64,000 nt of DNA from a virus. A program made the position numbers and the translations under genes. Below are positions 1 through 8,512 of the stretch, piece after piece; position 1 is the stretch's first letter; each line of letters opens with the position of its first letter. Location of the stretch: positions 1-64,000 of the IMG/VR virus record IMGVR_UViG_3300025466_001905; one strand, 5' to 3'. The notes beneath the pieces were generated by a model. That model was given only the letters and a program-made list of their open reading frames with translations. It was not told the DNA's origin and made no database searches.

Positions 1-2
1 TT

Positions 3-124
3 TTTGAAGTTAGTGTAGCAGTTGAGTCTGCCATAAAACACGGTTCGCCTGTAGCACGGTACTCAGCCCGACATAAAGAACAGTTACTGACCACTAATAA
101 ACATCTTGTAAAGATGCCTTCAAA
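3..124 (+). ncRNA. candidate structured non-coding RNA upstream of the tRNA cluster
   Basis: Nested helices: TTTGAAG(3-9)/CTTCAAA(118-124), TTAGTG(10-15)/CACTAA(92-97), GTTGAGT(21-27)/ACTCAGC(61-67), a GG-TTCG-CC hairpin and a CATCTT/AAGATG hairpin. No ORF, and it may extend beyond the window edge. Confidence 0.4.
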
Positions 125-133
125 TCTTTTTAC

Positions 134-209
134 GCTCGGTTCATCTAGAGGCCCAGGATAGTGCCCTTTCACGGCATTCACACCGGTTCGAATCCGGTAC
201 CGAGTACCA
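134..209 (+). tRNA. tRNA-Glu(TTC)
   Basis: Cloverleaf, anticodon arm GTGCC-CT-TTC-AC-GGCAT, GGTTCGAATCC T-arm, encoded CCA. Confidence 0.95.
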
Positions 210-216
210 TTTTTGT

Positions 217-293
217 TGGGGATTCGCCAAGTTGGTTAAGGCACTGGATTTTGATTCCAGCATGCATAGGTTCGAATCCTATATCCCCTACCA
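217..293 (+). tRNA. tRNA-Gln(TTG)
   Basis: Anticodon arm CTGGA-TT-TTG-AT-TCCAG, T-arm GGTTCGAATCC, CCA end, unpaired 1:72. Confidence 0.95.
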
Positions 294-312
294 ATGTAAT
301 TTAGGAAAACAT

Positions 313-933
313 ATGACAGCAGTTTTGATCAGTTATCCACCAGCTGCTGGTGGTAATCATTTGAGAAATCTAATCACAGTAGCCAGCAATTATGTCAGTG
401 ATACCAGCTTCAATGAAAATATCATGCAACAGTATTTTTCAAGCGGAAAAATCATGGTGCACGGTCAGGATATCGGTCAGGATGCTATCGCAAACAATAT
501 CAACTCATTCAAGTTGCACCGAAGTGCAATGGAACATGAACAGAATATAGTTTATTTTGGGCACTTTGCTGAGATTCTTTCTCAAAGAGATATTTTGCTT
601 ACATTACCAAATAAAAAATTTATTTTGATATCGCCTGACACACAAGATTGCATGAAAATATGGTTGGCGAGAGCAAAAAAATTAGGCATAGCACCTTTAC
701 TAGGATATTATGCAGGAGAGCAGATTTTTTTGTACGAACCGGTTATTTACTATGATGTACTCAAAACAAAAAAAACCAATGTGATGAATATATCAATTTA
801 TGAATGGTTTGCCGAAGACATTTCTCCAGTATTGGATAGATTAGAATTTTTTTTACAGGCTAATTTTGATAGAGAACTATGTCAAAGGTTGCATCAGATT
901 TGGTATAGTCGTAACAAACCTGATGTTTTATAG
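313..933 (+). CDS. hypothetical protein, sulfotransferase-like P-loop family (paralogue of 42970-43659 and 47332-47991)
   Basis: Start moved to ATG 313 (AGGA SD) because the track start at 232 lies inside tRNA-Gln. N-terminal motif LISYPPAAGGNHL. Confidence 0.55.
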   Translation: MTAVLISYPPAAGGNHLRNLITVASNYVSDTSFNENIMQQYFSSGKIMVHGQDIGQDAIANNINSFKLHRSAMEHEQNIVYFGHFAEILSQRDILLTLPNKKFILISPDTQDCMKIWLARAKKLGIAPLLGYYAGEQIFLYEPVIYYDVLKTKKTNVMNISIYEWFAEDISPVLDRLEFFLQANFDRELCQRLHQIWYSRNKPDVL

Positions 934-953
934 CATGGCAAAAATTAATTTAT

Positions 954-1028
954 CGCAGGGTAGAGAAGCGGCAACTCACCGGGCTCATAACCCGGAGATC
1001 ACAGGTTCGAATCCTGTCCCTGCAACCA
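954..1028 (+). tRNA. initiator tRNA-fMet(CAT)
   Basis: C1:A72 mismatch, three G-C pairs in the anticodon stem (CCGGG-CTCATAA-CCCGG), CCA end. Confidence 0.93.
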
Positions 1029-1089
1029 AGTAATGTTGTCAACCAAACACCGAGTCAAGGCGTTGTATAATTACACTCAGGAGATTGTA

Positions 1090-1221
1090 ATGTCACAATA
1101 TGATATCATTGCCCAGGTTAGAGAACTTGTTGAAAGAAACTGCAAATCTTGTGAAATTGCTACTCGGTTGCATCTTGATATTTCTGCAGTAAATCAGGTG
1201 ATCACAATGTTAAAGTTATAA
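1090..1221 (+). CDS. small putative helix-turn-helix protein
   Basis: AGGAG SD before ATG 1090. SCEIATRLHLDISAVNQVI resembles an HTH. Confidence 0.5.
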   Translation: MSQYDIIAQVRELVERNCKSCEIATRLHLDISAVNQVITMLKL

Positions 1222-1228
1222 GTATTAA

Positions 1229-1429
1229 TTACTTGTTGTCATGTTGAGTATCATTATCCTGCTTGTTTTCATTGTCAGCAGGCTCACACAACATAGGATT
1301 TACTTTGAAATCACGGTTGGTGCTCCAGTGTTCGGTCTGAATATATGGCACGTTGCCAAATGCACTTAACAAAAGTTTATAGCTATAATAATCGTTGTCG
1401 TCCATACAATATTTAACCTTTTTGGTCAT
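1229..1429 (-). CDS. hypothetical protein
   Basis: 66-aa ORF with AGGAG upstream on the - strand. Confidence 0.45.
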   Translation of the reverse strand: MTKKVKYCMDDNDYYSYKLLLSAFGNVPYIQTEHWSTNRDFKVNPMLCEPADNENKQDNDTQHDNK

Positions 1430-1481
1430 TATGGTAGCAGGGCACTCCTACTATCAATAATGTAATTGTAATATATGAGTA

Positions 1482-1489
1482 TATAAATA
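1482..1489 (+). promoter_or_regulatory. T4-like late promoter TATAAATA
   Basis: Exact TATAAATA 18 nt before the glycosyltransferase start. Confidence 0.55.
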
Positions 1490-1507
1490 CTGGCCCAAGG
1501 ATCCAAT

Positions 1508-2578
1508 ATGGTAAAAGTTTTGTTTATACTCAAACGTCGTGAAGACTATGATGCAATAGTACACAGTCATGTGGGTCTGAGCACAGGGTTGTATAACAGT
1601 GCTAGCTTTATGAACGATATGTTGAATGATGCCGGCATAGACAGTGTGTTAGAAGTGGCCATAGACAACAATTGCATAGATAGATTGGTCACAAAACATC
1701 AACCTACTCATGTAATCATTGAAGCTCTTTGGGTAGTTCCCACAAAATTTACCATACTGCAACGGCTTCATCCCAAAGTAAAGTGGATCATCAGATTACA
1801 CAGCGAAATGCCTTTTTTGGCCGGCGAAAGCAATGCCATGGACTGGATCGGCGACTATTCAGAATTTCACAGTGTTTACCTGGGAGTTAATGCACCCAGG
1901 ATGCTGAGAGAGTGTCAAACTTATTTGAGTGCCATGCATCCTGGTAGAATCTGGAACAATGGTAGAATTATCTACATGCCCAATTACTACCCGCAAAAGT
2001 TTACAAAAAAGAAACTAGACAAAAGCAAAGACACAGTAGATATTGCGTGTTTTGGTGCAGTACGCCCTTTGAAAAATCACATGGTACAGGCCATTGCAGC
2101 CATTGAGTTCGCTCAAAATATTGGCAAAAAATTGCGATTTCATATCAATGCAGGCAGAATTGAAATGAACGGTGGGCCAGTGATCAACAATCTCAAAGGT
2201 CTATTTCAGCAGTTGTCCGGCAGAGATTTTGAATTGATCAATCATCAATGGCGGCCACGTGACCAATTTTTAGAATTGTGCAGTCAAATGGATATTGGTC
2301 TGCAAGTGAGCTTTAGTGAAACTTTTAATATTGTAGGTGCAGATCTAATCAGTCAGGGAGTTCCCATAGTGGGCAGTGTAGAGATACCCTGGGCAGCTAC
2401 CAAATGGTGTGCTGATCCCACAGACAGCACAGACATTGCACAGTGTCTGGCCAGTGCCTATCGTTGGTCAAGAACCAATGTTCGTTACAATCAAATATCA
2501 TTGAAAAAATATACCAATCACACCAAAGATATATGGACTAAATACTTTTATGAACAAACACACAGTAAAAGCTCATAA
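1508..2578 (+). CDS. glycosyltransferase, GT-B fold (GT4-like)
   Basis: FGAVRPLKN and SFSETFNIVGADLISQGVPIVGS, the GT4 nucleotide-sugar-binding motif. Confidence 0.8.
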   Translation: MVKVLFILKRREDYDAIVHSHVGLSTGLYNSASFMNDMLNDAGIDSVLEVAIDNNCIDRLVTKHQPTHVIIEALWVVPTKFTILQRLHPKVKWIIRLHSEMPFLAGESNAMDWIGDYSEFHSVYLGVNAPRMLRECQTYLSAMHPGRIWNNGRIIYMPNYYPQKFTKKKLDKSKDTVDIACFGAVRPLKNHMVQAIAAIEFAQNIGKKLRFHINAGRIEMNGGPVINNLKGLFQQLSGRDFELINHQWRPRDQFLELCSQMDIGLQVSFSETFNIVGADLISQGVPIVGSVEIPWAATKWCADPTDSTDIAQCLASAYRWSRTNVRYNQISLKKYTNHTKDIWTKYFYEQTHSKSS

Positions 2579-2759
2579 ATGGATAGACGGTATTTTGCAT
2601 ACTGTGGAACATTACTTTGATAACTTGACCGAAGCAATAAGTTTTTCCAGTGCAGCCGACGCGCACACTACAAAAGTCTACAATAATCATGGTAATCTTG
2701 TGCATGTGACTAATGTACAAAATATACGCGGTGATCATCTCATGGTCGGATACGCATAA
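2550..2759 (+). CDS. hypothetical protein
   Basis: 69-aa ORF overlapping the end of the upstream gene. Confidence 0.55.
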   Translation: MNKHTVKAHKWIDGILHTVEHYFDNLTEAISFSSAADAHTTKVYNNHGNLVHVTNVQNIRGDHLMVGYA

Positions 2760-2779
2760 GTCTAGCACAATTTTCCTAC

Positions 2780-3319
2780 ATGAACATCATGACCCTGAGC
2801 TGCCAGGCTCAAGACTGCAATGGTTTTCCAAAAGTCACAGTGCTCTTAGACAACAATATTTTATTTGAAGCAGACATCTCTGAGTCAAAATTTGACCTAT
2901 CAATTCCATTGGATCATAACACCTCAACCAGGTGCTTGCAACTTGTACGTCATGACAAAACTGATCGGAATATATTGTTAGACTCCAATGGACATATAAT
3001 CAAAGATCAAAGTGTGGAAATTCTTCAAATCAAAATAGATCAGGTGCTTGTACCGCAATTTTTTATCTCGTCTCACTGTCAGTTTGAATTTGGCGATCAG
3101 TGTCATCCAGGCAGTTGTTTTATTGGACCCAATGGAGTTTGGTCCTTGAGATTTCAAACTCCTATTGTACAGTATATTTTAGATCAAAAAATTTTGCATG
3201 AATCTCAATACAATCAAGACTATCAATTTCCCTGGAGTTATAAATTGGGCCCTGACAGTGTCAAAAATATCAGTTCCAAAATTGATTCATTGATTGAAAA
3301 AATATCCATATCATTATGA
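2780..3319 (+). CDS. hypothetical beta-rich protein coupled to the radical SAM gene
   Basis: 179-aa ORF, ATGA overlap with 3316. Confidence 0.7.
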   Translation: MNIMTLSCQAQDCNGFPKVTVLLDNNILFEADISESKFDLSIPLDHNTSTRCLQLVRHDKTDRNILLDSNGHIIKDQSVEILQIKIDQVLVPQFFISSHCQFEFGDQCHPGSCFIGPNGVWSLRFQTPIVQYILDQKILHESQYNQDYQFPWSYKLGPDSVKNISSKIDSLIEKISISL

Positions 3320-4815
3320 ATGACTTTGTATCTTGTGTGGCCATTGATATAATAAACTACGACAAGCCACCTGCTTCACTGGCATTTCTGGCAGGAGTGT
3401 GTGAGGCAACTCTTCTTGATTATCAATGTTTTAGTTTGAATTCTGAATTCTTAGACATCATGTCCATGGCTGAATACAATTTGGTGTATACCAAGCTCAA
3501 ACAATCTGCCATGGAGGATATTCCCAAACCAGCCATTGACAGCATTGATCGCATAATAAATCAAATTAAACAGTGCAATACAACAATTGTGGCGGTGTCT
3601 ATATTTTCTTACCTGCAGTATCCTCTCGCTGAAGTATTTTTAAAAAAATTAAAGGCGTTGTTGCCAAACGTCACTGTCATAGCCGGCGGCCCAGGTATTC
3701 AAGCCAATCATTCATCCAATGGTACCATTGGCAAAAATTTATTAGACCATGATTTGATAGATTATTACTGCCTTGGCGAAGGAGACGAAGCTTTGGTTTT
3801 GTTCTTTCAAGGCAACAGAAATATACTGGGCATAAATGGAAAACAAAACAAGTACGAAACTTGGGTTCCACAAATCGACAATTTGGATTCAAAATATGTG
3901 ATTCCTAGCTATAAAAAAATACCTTTGAAAAATTATCAAAACTTAGAAAATAAAAAATCCACAGTTTTTTCACTGAGTACCAGTAGGGGGTGTGTGAGAG
4001 ATTGTGCATTTTGTGACGTGGGCAAGTCATGGCCCAAATTTAGATTTAGAAAAGGGTCAGGTGTTGCTCAAGAAATATTACAACATCATACAGATGTGGG
4101 TGCAACAAATTTTACCATAGTAGACTCATTGATCAATGGAAGTTTAAAATCTTTTCGTGAATTCAATCAAGAAATGATCAAACTCAAAAAAGAGTATCCA
4201 AGTTTGAATGACTTCTCATACAATGGCATGTTCATTGTGCGCGATCGACACACGCACAATGAAGAATTTTTCCGTCTTATGAAGGAAGCTGGGTGCGAAA
4301 GTTTGGCCATTGGTGTAGAAACAGGCAGTGATCGTTTGAGATTTGAGATGAATAAAAAATTTACCAATCAAGATCTGGATTGGCATCTAGAAATGAGCCA
4401 GCGCTACGGGATCAGAAACAATTTTTTAATGTTTGTGGGTTATCCTACTGAAACTGCAGATGACTTTGCTCAAACTCTAAGCATGCTGGAAAGATATCAA
4501 AAATATCTAATAGATGATACCATAATAGGTATCAACCATGCTGGAGTTTTCAGTATTCTGCCAGACACACCTGTGTTTGACAACAAAGACAATATTGGCA
4601 TCACTGTCAATGAACAATTCCATACAGACAGTAACATTTCCAAATTACATTGGTTTAATCACAATAACCCAGATCTCACTGTCAAAGAACGAATATTGAG
4701 AGATTTGAAATTTAGGAAAAAAGCCATAGAACTACGTTATCCAGTACCATACGTTGAACGCTATTTGGAATATTTAAAACACATTGATAAAGATCTATTT
4801 GTGTTGTCAGATTGA
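3316..4815 (+). CDS. B12-binding-domain radical SAM enzyme (class B methyltransferase-like)
   Basis: N-terminal cobalamin-type domain (VIAGGP, GEGDE), SRGCVRDCAFC CxxxCxxC, IGVETGS, FVGYPTET. Confidence 0.88.
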   Translation: MNDFVSCVAIDIINYDKPPASLAFLAGVCEATLLDYQCFSLNSEFLDIMSMAEYNLVYTKLKQSAMEDIPKPAIDSIDRIINQIKQCNTTIVAVSIFSYLQYPLAEVFLKKLKALLPNVTVIAGGPGIQANHSSNGTIGKNLLDHDLIDYYCLGEGDEALVLFFQGNRNILGINGKQNKYETWVPQIDNLDSKYVIPSYKKIPLKNYQNLENKKSTVFSLSTSRGCVRDCAFCDVGKSWPKFRFRKGSGVAQEILQHHTDVGATNFTIVDSLINGSLKSFREFNQEMIKLKKEYPSLNDFSYNGMFIVRDRHTHNEEFFRLMKEAGCESLAIGVETGSDRLRFEMNKKFTNQDLDWHLEMSQRYGIRNNFLMFVGYPTETADDFAQTLSMLERYQKYLIDDTIIGINHAGVFSILPDTPVFDNKDNIGITVNEQFHTDSNISKLHWFNHNNPDLTVKERILRDLKFRKKAIELRYPVPYVERYLEYLKHIDKDLFVLSD

Positions 4816-4816
4816 C

Positions 4817-4845
4817 TTGACCAACAATGCAAAATAATGTATAAT
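4817..4845 (+). promoter_or_regulatory. sigma70-type promoter for tRNA-Gly and rpoZ
   Basis: TTGACC-17 nt-TATAAT. Confidence 0.75.
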
Positions 4846-4854
4846 TACATATTT

Positions 4855-4928
4855 GCGGGGTTCGTATAATGGTAATACCCTAGCCTTCCAAGCTAGAGCT
4901 GACAGTTCGATTCTGTTACCCCGCTCCA
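4855..4928 (+). tRNA. tRNA-Gly(TCC)
   Basis: Anticodon arm CTAGC-CT-TCC-AA-GCTAG, U73, CCA. Confidence 0.95.
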
Positions 4929-4943
4929 TTCTAAAGGAAATTT

Positions 4944-5174
4944 ATGCATCGTACAAAATTAAGCCGTGGTACCGAAATTGACACTGACCTCTGTGTAAAA
5001 AATGCCGGAGAAAACAGATACATGCTGGTGATTATGGCCGCTGCAAGAGCAAGAGAAATTTCAAGACAACATCGTGCCAGTGAAAATCCTGCACATATCT
5101 ATCCTGTAGTCAAGGCCTTATTGGAATTTCAAACAGGTGAAATCAGCATTGATGCGGCAACAAAAATTATGTAA
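4944..5174 (+). CDS. rpoZ: RNA polymerase omega subunit homologue
   Basis: GENRYMLVIMAAARAREI and YPVVKALLEFQTGEI match the omega signatures NR(F/Y)xLVxxAAxRARxI and xxVxxALxExxxGxI. 76 aa, AAGGA SD. Confidence 0.82.
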   Translation: MHRTKLSRGTEIDTDLCVKNAGENRYMLVIMAAARAREISRQHRASENPAHIYPVVKALLEFQTGEISIDAATKIM

Positions 5175-5179
5175 GTAAA

Positions 5180-5255
5180 CTCCGTGTGGCGTAATCTGGT
5201 AGCGTACTTGGTTTGGGACCAAGCGGTCAAGGTTCAAATCCTTGCATGGAGACCA
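5180..5255 (+). tRNA. tRNA-Pro(TGG)
   Basis: Anticodon arm CTTGG-TT-TGG-GA-CCAAG, CCA. Confidence 0.93.
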
Positions 5256-5259
5256 ATCA

Positions 5260-5333
5260 GGGGATGTAGTTAAATGGGATAACGGTAGCTTTGCAAGCTT
5301 CAATTGAGAGTTCGATTCTCTCCTTCTCCACCA
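5260..5333 (+). tRNA. tRNA-Ala(TGC)
   Basis: G3:U70 identity pair, anticodon TGC, CCA. Confidence 0.92.
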
Positions 5334-5345
5334 TAAAGGAATATC

Positions 5346-5549
5346 ATGGATATAGATCAAGCAAGTAATTTTTTAGCGTGTACTATTTTGTTGGGTGCAG
5401 GTGTCACAGTTGTTGTTGCATTTGTGTTGTTAATCAACAACTTATGCAGTCGTTATTGGAAGCCATTGGCTCTTCCGGAATATCTTAATCCAGCATTGTC
5501 TGGCAGATTTGCAGAACCTCACGAAGTTCCTACCGACAATAAAAAATAA
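5346..5549 (+). CDS. small single-pass membrane protein
   Basis: AAGGA SD and hydrophobic stretch FLACTILLGAGVTVVVAFVLLI. Confidence 0.65.
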   Translation: MDIDQASNFLACTILLGAGVTVVVAFVLLINNLCSRYWKPLALPEYLNPALSGRFAEPHEVPTDNKK

Positions 5550-5553
5550 ACCA

Positions 5554-5643
5554 GGAGCGGTGGCCGAACGGTAAGGCAGCGGATTGCTAATCCGTACAAC
5601 GCTTAATCGCGTTGACTGGGTTCGACTCCCAGTCGCTCCGCCA
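5554..5643 (+). tRNA. tRNA-Ser(GCT)
   Basis: Anticodon arm GCGGA-TT-GCT-AA-TCCGT, long variable arm, G73, CCA. Confidence 0.95.
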
Positions 5644-5697
5644 AGTTGTCAATTTGACTAAATACTATTGCATACTCTGCAATAACATCAGAAAGTC

Positions 5698-6177
5698 ATG
5701 ATGCAAAAAATTGACATTGAACGTGTAAAAAAATACATCAATGCCCAAAGTCCACAAACTCGAATCTACATCGGTGTTGACTCTGAAAGAATAAAAATCA
5801 ATAGAATCTGGTATGCAGACTATACCGCTGCTATAGTGGTTCATATTGACGGAAATCATGGTTGCAAATTGTTTGGCGAAGTGACTAGAGAACGAGATTT
5901 TGATCAACGTTCCAATCGTCCCAATACCCGTCTTATGACCGAAGTTTACAAGGTCAGTGAGTTATACCTTAAACTGGCTGAAGTTTTGGAAAATAGATTG
6001 GTCGAAGTACATTTGGATATTAATCCGCAAGATCAGTACGCCAGTTCAAACATAGTAAGAGAAGCCATTGGATATATTCGAGGTACGTGCAATGTGGTTC
6101 CATTGATCAAACCAAATGCATTTGCCGCAAGTTATGCCGCAGATAGGTTCAAAGGACTACGAATTGCAAATGGATAG
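5698..6177 (+). CDS. RNase H-like YkuK (DUF458) family protein
   Basis: IYIGVDS, RLMTEV, VEVHLDIN, IKPNAFAASYAADR motifs. Confidence 0.8.
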   Translation: MMQKIDIERVKKYINAQSPQTRIYIGVDSERIKINRIWYADYTAAIVVHIDGNHGCKLFGEVTRERDFDQRSNRPNTRLMTEVYKVSELYLKLAEVLENRLVEVHLDINPQDQYASSNIVREAIGYIRGTCNVVPLIKPNAFAASYAADRFKGLRIANG

Positions 6178-6206
6178 TTGACACATAATTCTTTTTGTGC
6201 TACAAT
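6178..6206 (+). promoter_or_regulatory. sigma70-type promoter
   Basis: TTGACA-17 nt-TACAAT. Confidence 0.75.
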
Positions 6207-6239
6207 TGGTACATCTTAATTTTTTTTAGAGATTGTATC

Positions 6240-8450
6240 ATGTACAAAAAACTACTCAGTCTGGGTTTAGCAATTATTTTGGTAGCCTGTGGTGATGGCA
6301 ACAACACCGTAGAATCAACACCAATTTTTGCTAGAGAATCCGTTATTACTGCATCTGTTGGTAATACTGATAGTCTTTCAGCCGAAGCCTTGGCCTTTGC
6401 AAAATCTCCTAGTATTGCTCGATATGCCACACAAAGAGATGCCAATACTACTCCATTTATGAGTGATATATTGGGCAAAGCCCAGATCAATGGTGTCAGT
6501 ATTGATCAGTTGTTTGCTTGGGGAGAAGCAAACTTTCCCAAATTGTTAACCAGTCATGAACTAAATGGTTATTGGAACGGATATACTTACAGATACTATC
6601 CAGCCAGTAATACCTACGTTGGCATAGATACCAACAATGTAGTTTGGATTATGGGCCCTGACAGTACCAATGGTGTCTTGGTCAAATTAGCACCAGCAAG
6701 TGATTACGTTGGTCAAGTTAATGCCTGGATCGCTGCAGTGACCGCACCAAAAGTCAGCACAGGACTGGTAGGACTGTTGAATAGCATGAGTACAGGGTCT
6801 ACTTATGTTTCTCAGCCCACCGTTACTGTGTCCGTTGGCGGCGGAGGAGGGACAGCATCAACCCCAGTTGTACCGCCGGTAGTGGTTAGCCCTCCTGTTG
6901 CTACACCAGCGGCCGCTCCTGTGGCGACCCCTGTTATTCCAGCTCCAGTTATTGTACCAACACCAGTGGTCACTCCGGTTGTGACACCACCTGTTGTTAC
7001 ACCAGTGGTGGCGCCAGTTATTGTACCAGCACCAGTGGTTACTCCGGTTGTGACACCACCTGTGGCAAACGTGTTTAGTTGGACACCCACAGTAACAATA
7101 ACAACAAAATTTTTCGACCTACTAGGAGCATGGTGGAATGGCAATATGTTTTTTGCAGATCTAAACGGTGATGGCATAGAAGAAATTATTATTGCAGGCC
7201 GCATGAGTCAGCCTGCTACTGCAGCAACTTGGCAATTCACCAGAATGCATATACTGGGATGGAATACAGGATCATTGGCCATGGAAGACAGCCAATGGTT
7301 TACTAATAACAACGATAATCTTATTTTTGGTACTGAGCCCAGTATAAAATTTGCGGATTTTAACGGTGATGGACGCAGAGATATATGGATTGCACCCAGT
7401 GCTGACATGATGCTATTTGGACCAGGAACGGTGTATATCAATCAGGGCAATAATCAACTCAAACGATCTGACCTGAATATAGGACAAATCTGGGCACACG
7501 ATAGTGCAGTGGGAGATTTTAACAAAGACGGCAAAGATGATATTATTGTAGTGGGGCTCAATGGTAACCAAGCCATTGCACTGGGTCAGTCCGACGGAAC
7601 ATTTAAAATCACCACTGGCTCAACAGGACTGAGTGCAGCTGGTATGGCCGCTGGTGATTTTTTAGGCAATGGCACTACCACAGTAATACTCACTGATGCA
7701 TTTATGGAAGGCAATCAAACCAATGGCCTGTATCAGGTCATGCTCAGTGGTGGAGTTTCAGGAGGCAGCGGTAGTGTGGGATCAAGCAGTGCATCTGGAT
7801 CTGGTTCTTTTCAAGGCGGTGGTGCATTGATGATTCCGGCTAATCCTGTAGCTACACTGACACTGAACCGTATCAGTAAATTGCCACCCAATAGATTTTA
7901 TCTACCAAAATGGTCAGGATATTCAGTATTGACTCCTGGGCACATGCCCAGCACAGTGAGAGCAGTGCCCATTGATTTCAATCGCGATGGGCAGTTGGAT
8001 GTTGTGTTACTGACCATGGCTCAAAACGGCACTATTTATTCTGAAGTACAATTTTTGCAAAACAACGGTGGCGGTAATTTTACAGATGTTACCGACACAG
8101 TTTTACAAAATTACAACAGTTTGCACACCCAGTCCAGCTATAGTCCTAGATTGATTGATATCAACAGGGATGGTGTGTTAGATATTTGGTTGAGCAACTC
8201 AGATGGTGATGGCGCAGAAGACAGCAATGTAGTTTTAATGGGTAATGCATCTGGAAACTACACCGCTACCTATGCAAGTGCCTTTACTGCAGATAGAACA
8301 TTTGTTGGTGGTAATCCTGCTCCAGTGCAGGCAGTTCGCGGCCCAGATCAAAACTTATGGTTGTTGACTCTGAACTGGTCAATGTCATCATTGAATGTGC
8401 AAATCAATGCCAAGAAAATTGGACTGAATCTGTCTAGTTTGCCAAATTAA
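6240..8450 (+). CDS. lipoprotein with a Pro/Val-rich linker and FG-GAP/VCBS-like beta-propeller
   Basis: Signal peptide MYKKLLSLGLAIILVA-C with lipobox. Repeats DLNGDG, DFNGDG, DFNKDG, DFNRDG, DINRDG. Confidence 0.8.
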   Translation: MYKKLLSLGLAIILVACGDGNNTVESTPIFARESVITASVGNTDSLSAEALAFAKSPSIARYATQRDANTTPFMSDILGKAQINGVSIDQLFAWGEANFPKLLTSHELNGYWNGYTYRYYPASNTYVGIDTNNVVWIMGPDSTNGVLVKLAPASDYVGQVNAWIAAVTAPKVSTGLVGLLNSMSTGSTYVSQPTVTVSVGGGGGTASTPVVPPVVVSPPVATPAAAPVATPVIPAPVIVPTPVVTPVVTPPVVTPVVAPVIVPAPVVTPVVTPPVANVFSWTPTVTITTKFFDLLGAWWNGNMFFADLNGDGIEEIIIAGRMSQPATAATWQFTRMHILGWNTGSLAMEDSQWFTNNNDNLIFGTEPSIKFADFNGDGRRDIWIAPSADMMLFGPGTVYINQGNNQLKRSDLNIGQIWAHDSAVGDFNKDGKDDIIVVGLNGNQAIALGQSDGTFKITTGSTGLSAAGMAAGDFLGNGTTTVILTDAFMEGNQTNGLYQVMLSGGVSGGSGSVGSSSASGSGSFQGGGALMIPANPVATLTLNRISKLPPNRFYLPKWSGYSVLTPGHMPSTVRAVPIDFNRDGQLDVVLLTMAQNGTIYSEVQFLQNNGGGNFTDVTDTVLQNYNSLHTQSSYSPRLIDINRDGVLDIWLSNSDGDGAEDSNVVLMGNASGNYTATYASAFTADRTFVGGNPAPVQAVRGPDQNLWLLTLNWSMSSLNVQINAKKIGLNLSSLPN
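6945..7063 (+). repeat. 50-bp direct repeat (2 mismatches) in the linker
   Basis: CCAGTTATTGTACCA(A/G)CACCAGTGGT(C/T)ACTCCGGTTGTGACACCACCTGT at 6945-6994 and 7014-7063. Confidence 0.85.
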
Positions 8451-8465
8451 CTTAAAAAAGCATGG

Positions 8466-8494
8466 CTGACTCAAATCTTAGATTTGTGTATAAT
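8466..8494 (+). promoter_or_regulatory. sigma70-type promoter
   Basis: CTGACT-17 nt-TATAAT, then AAGGAG SD and ATG 8513. Confidence 0.6.
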
Positions 8495-8512
8495 TACAAT
8501 AAGGAGTCAATT

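Noticed and set aside
232-312. ORF-track N-terminal extension of the first CDS
   Set aside because: It overlaps tRNA-Gln, and an SD-preceded ATG exists at 313.
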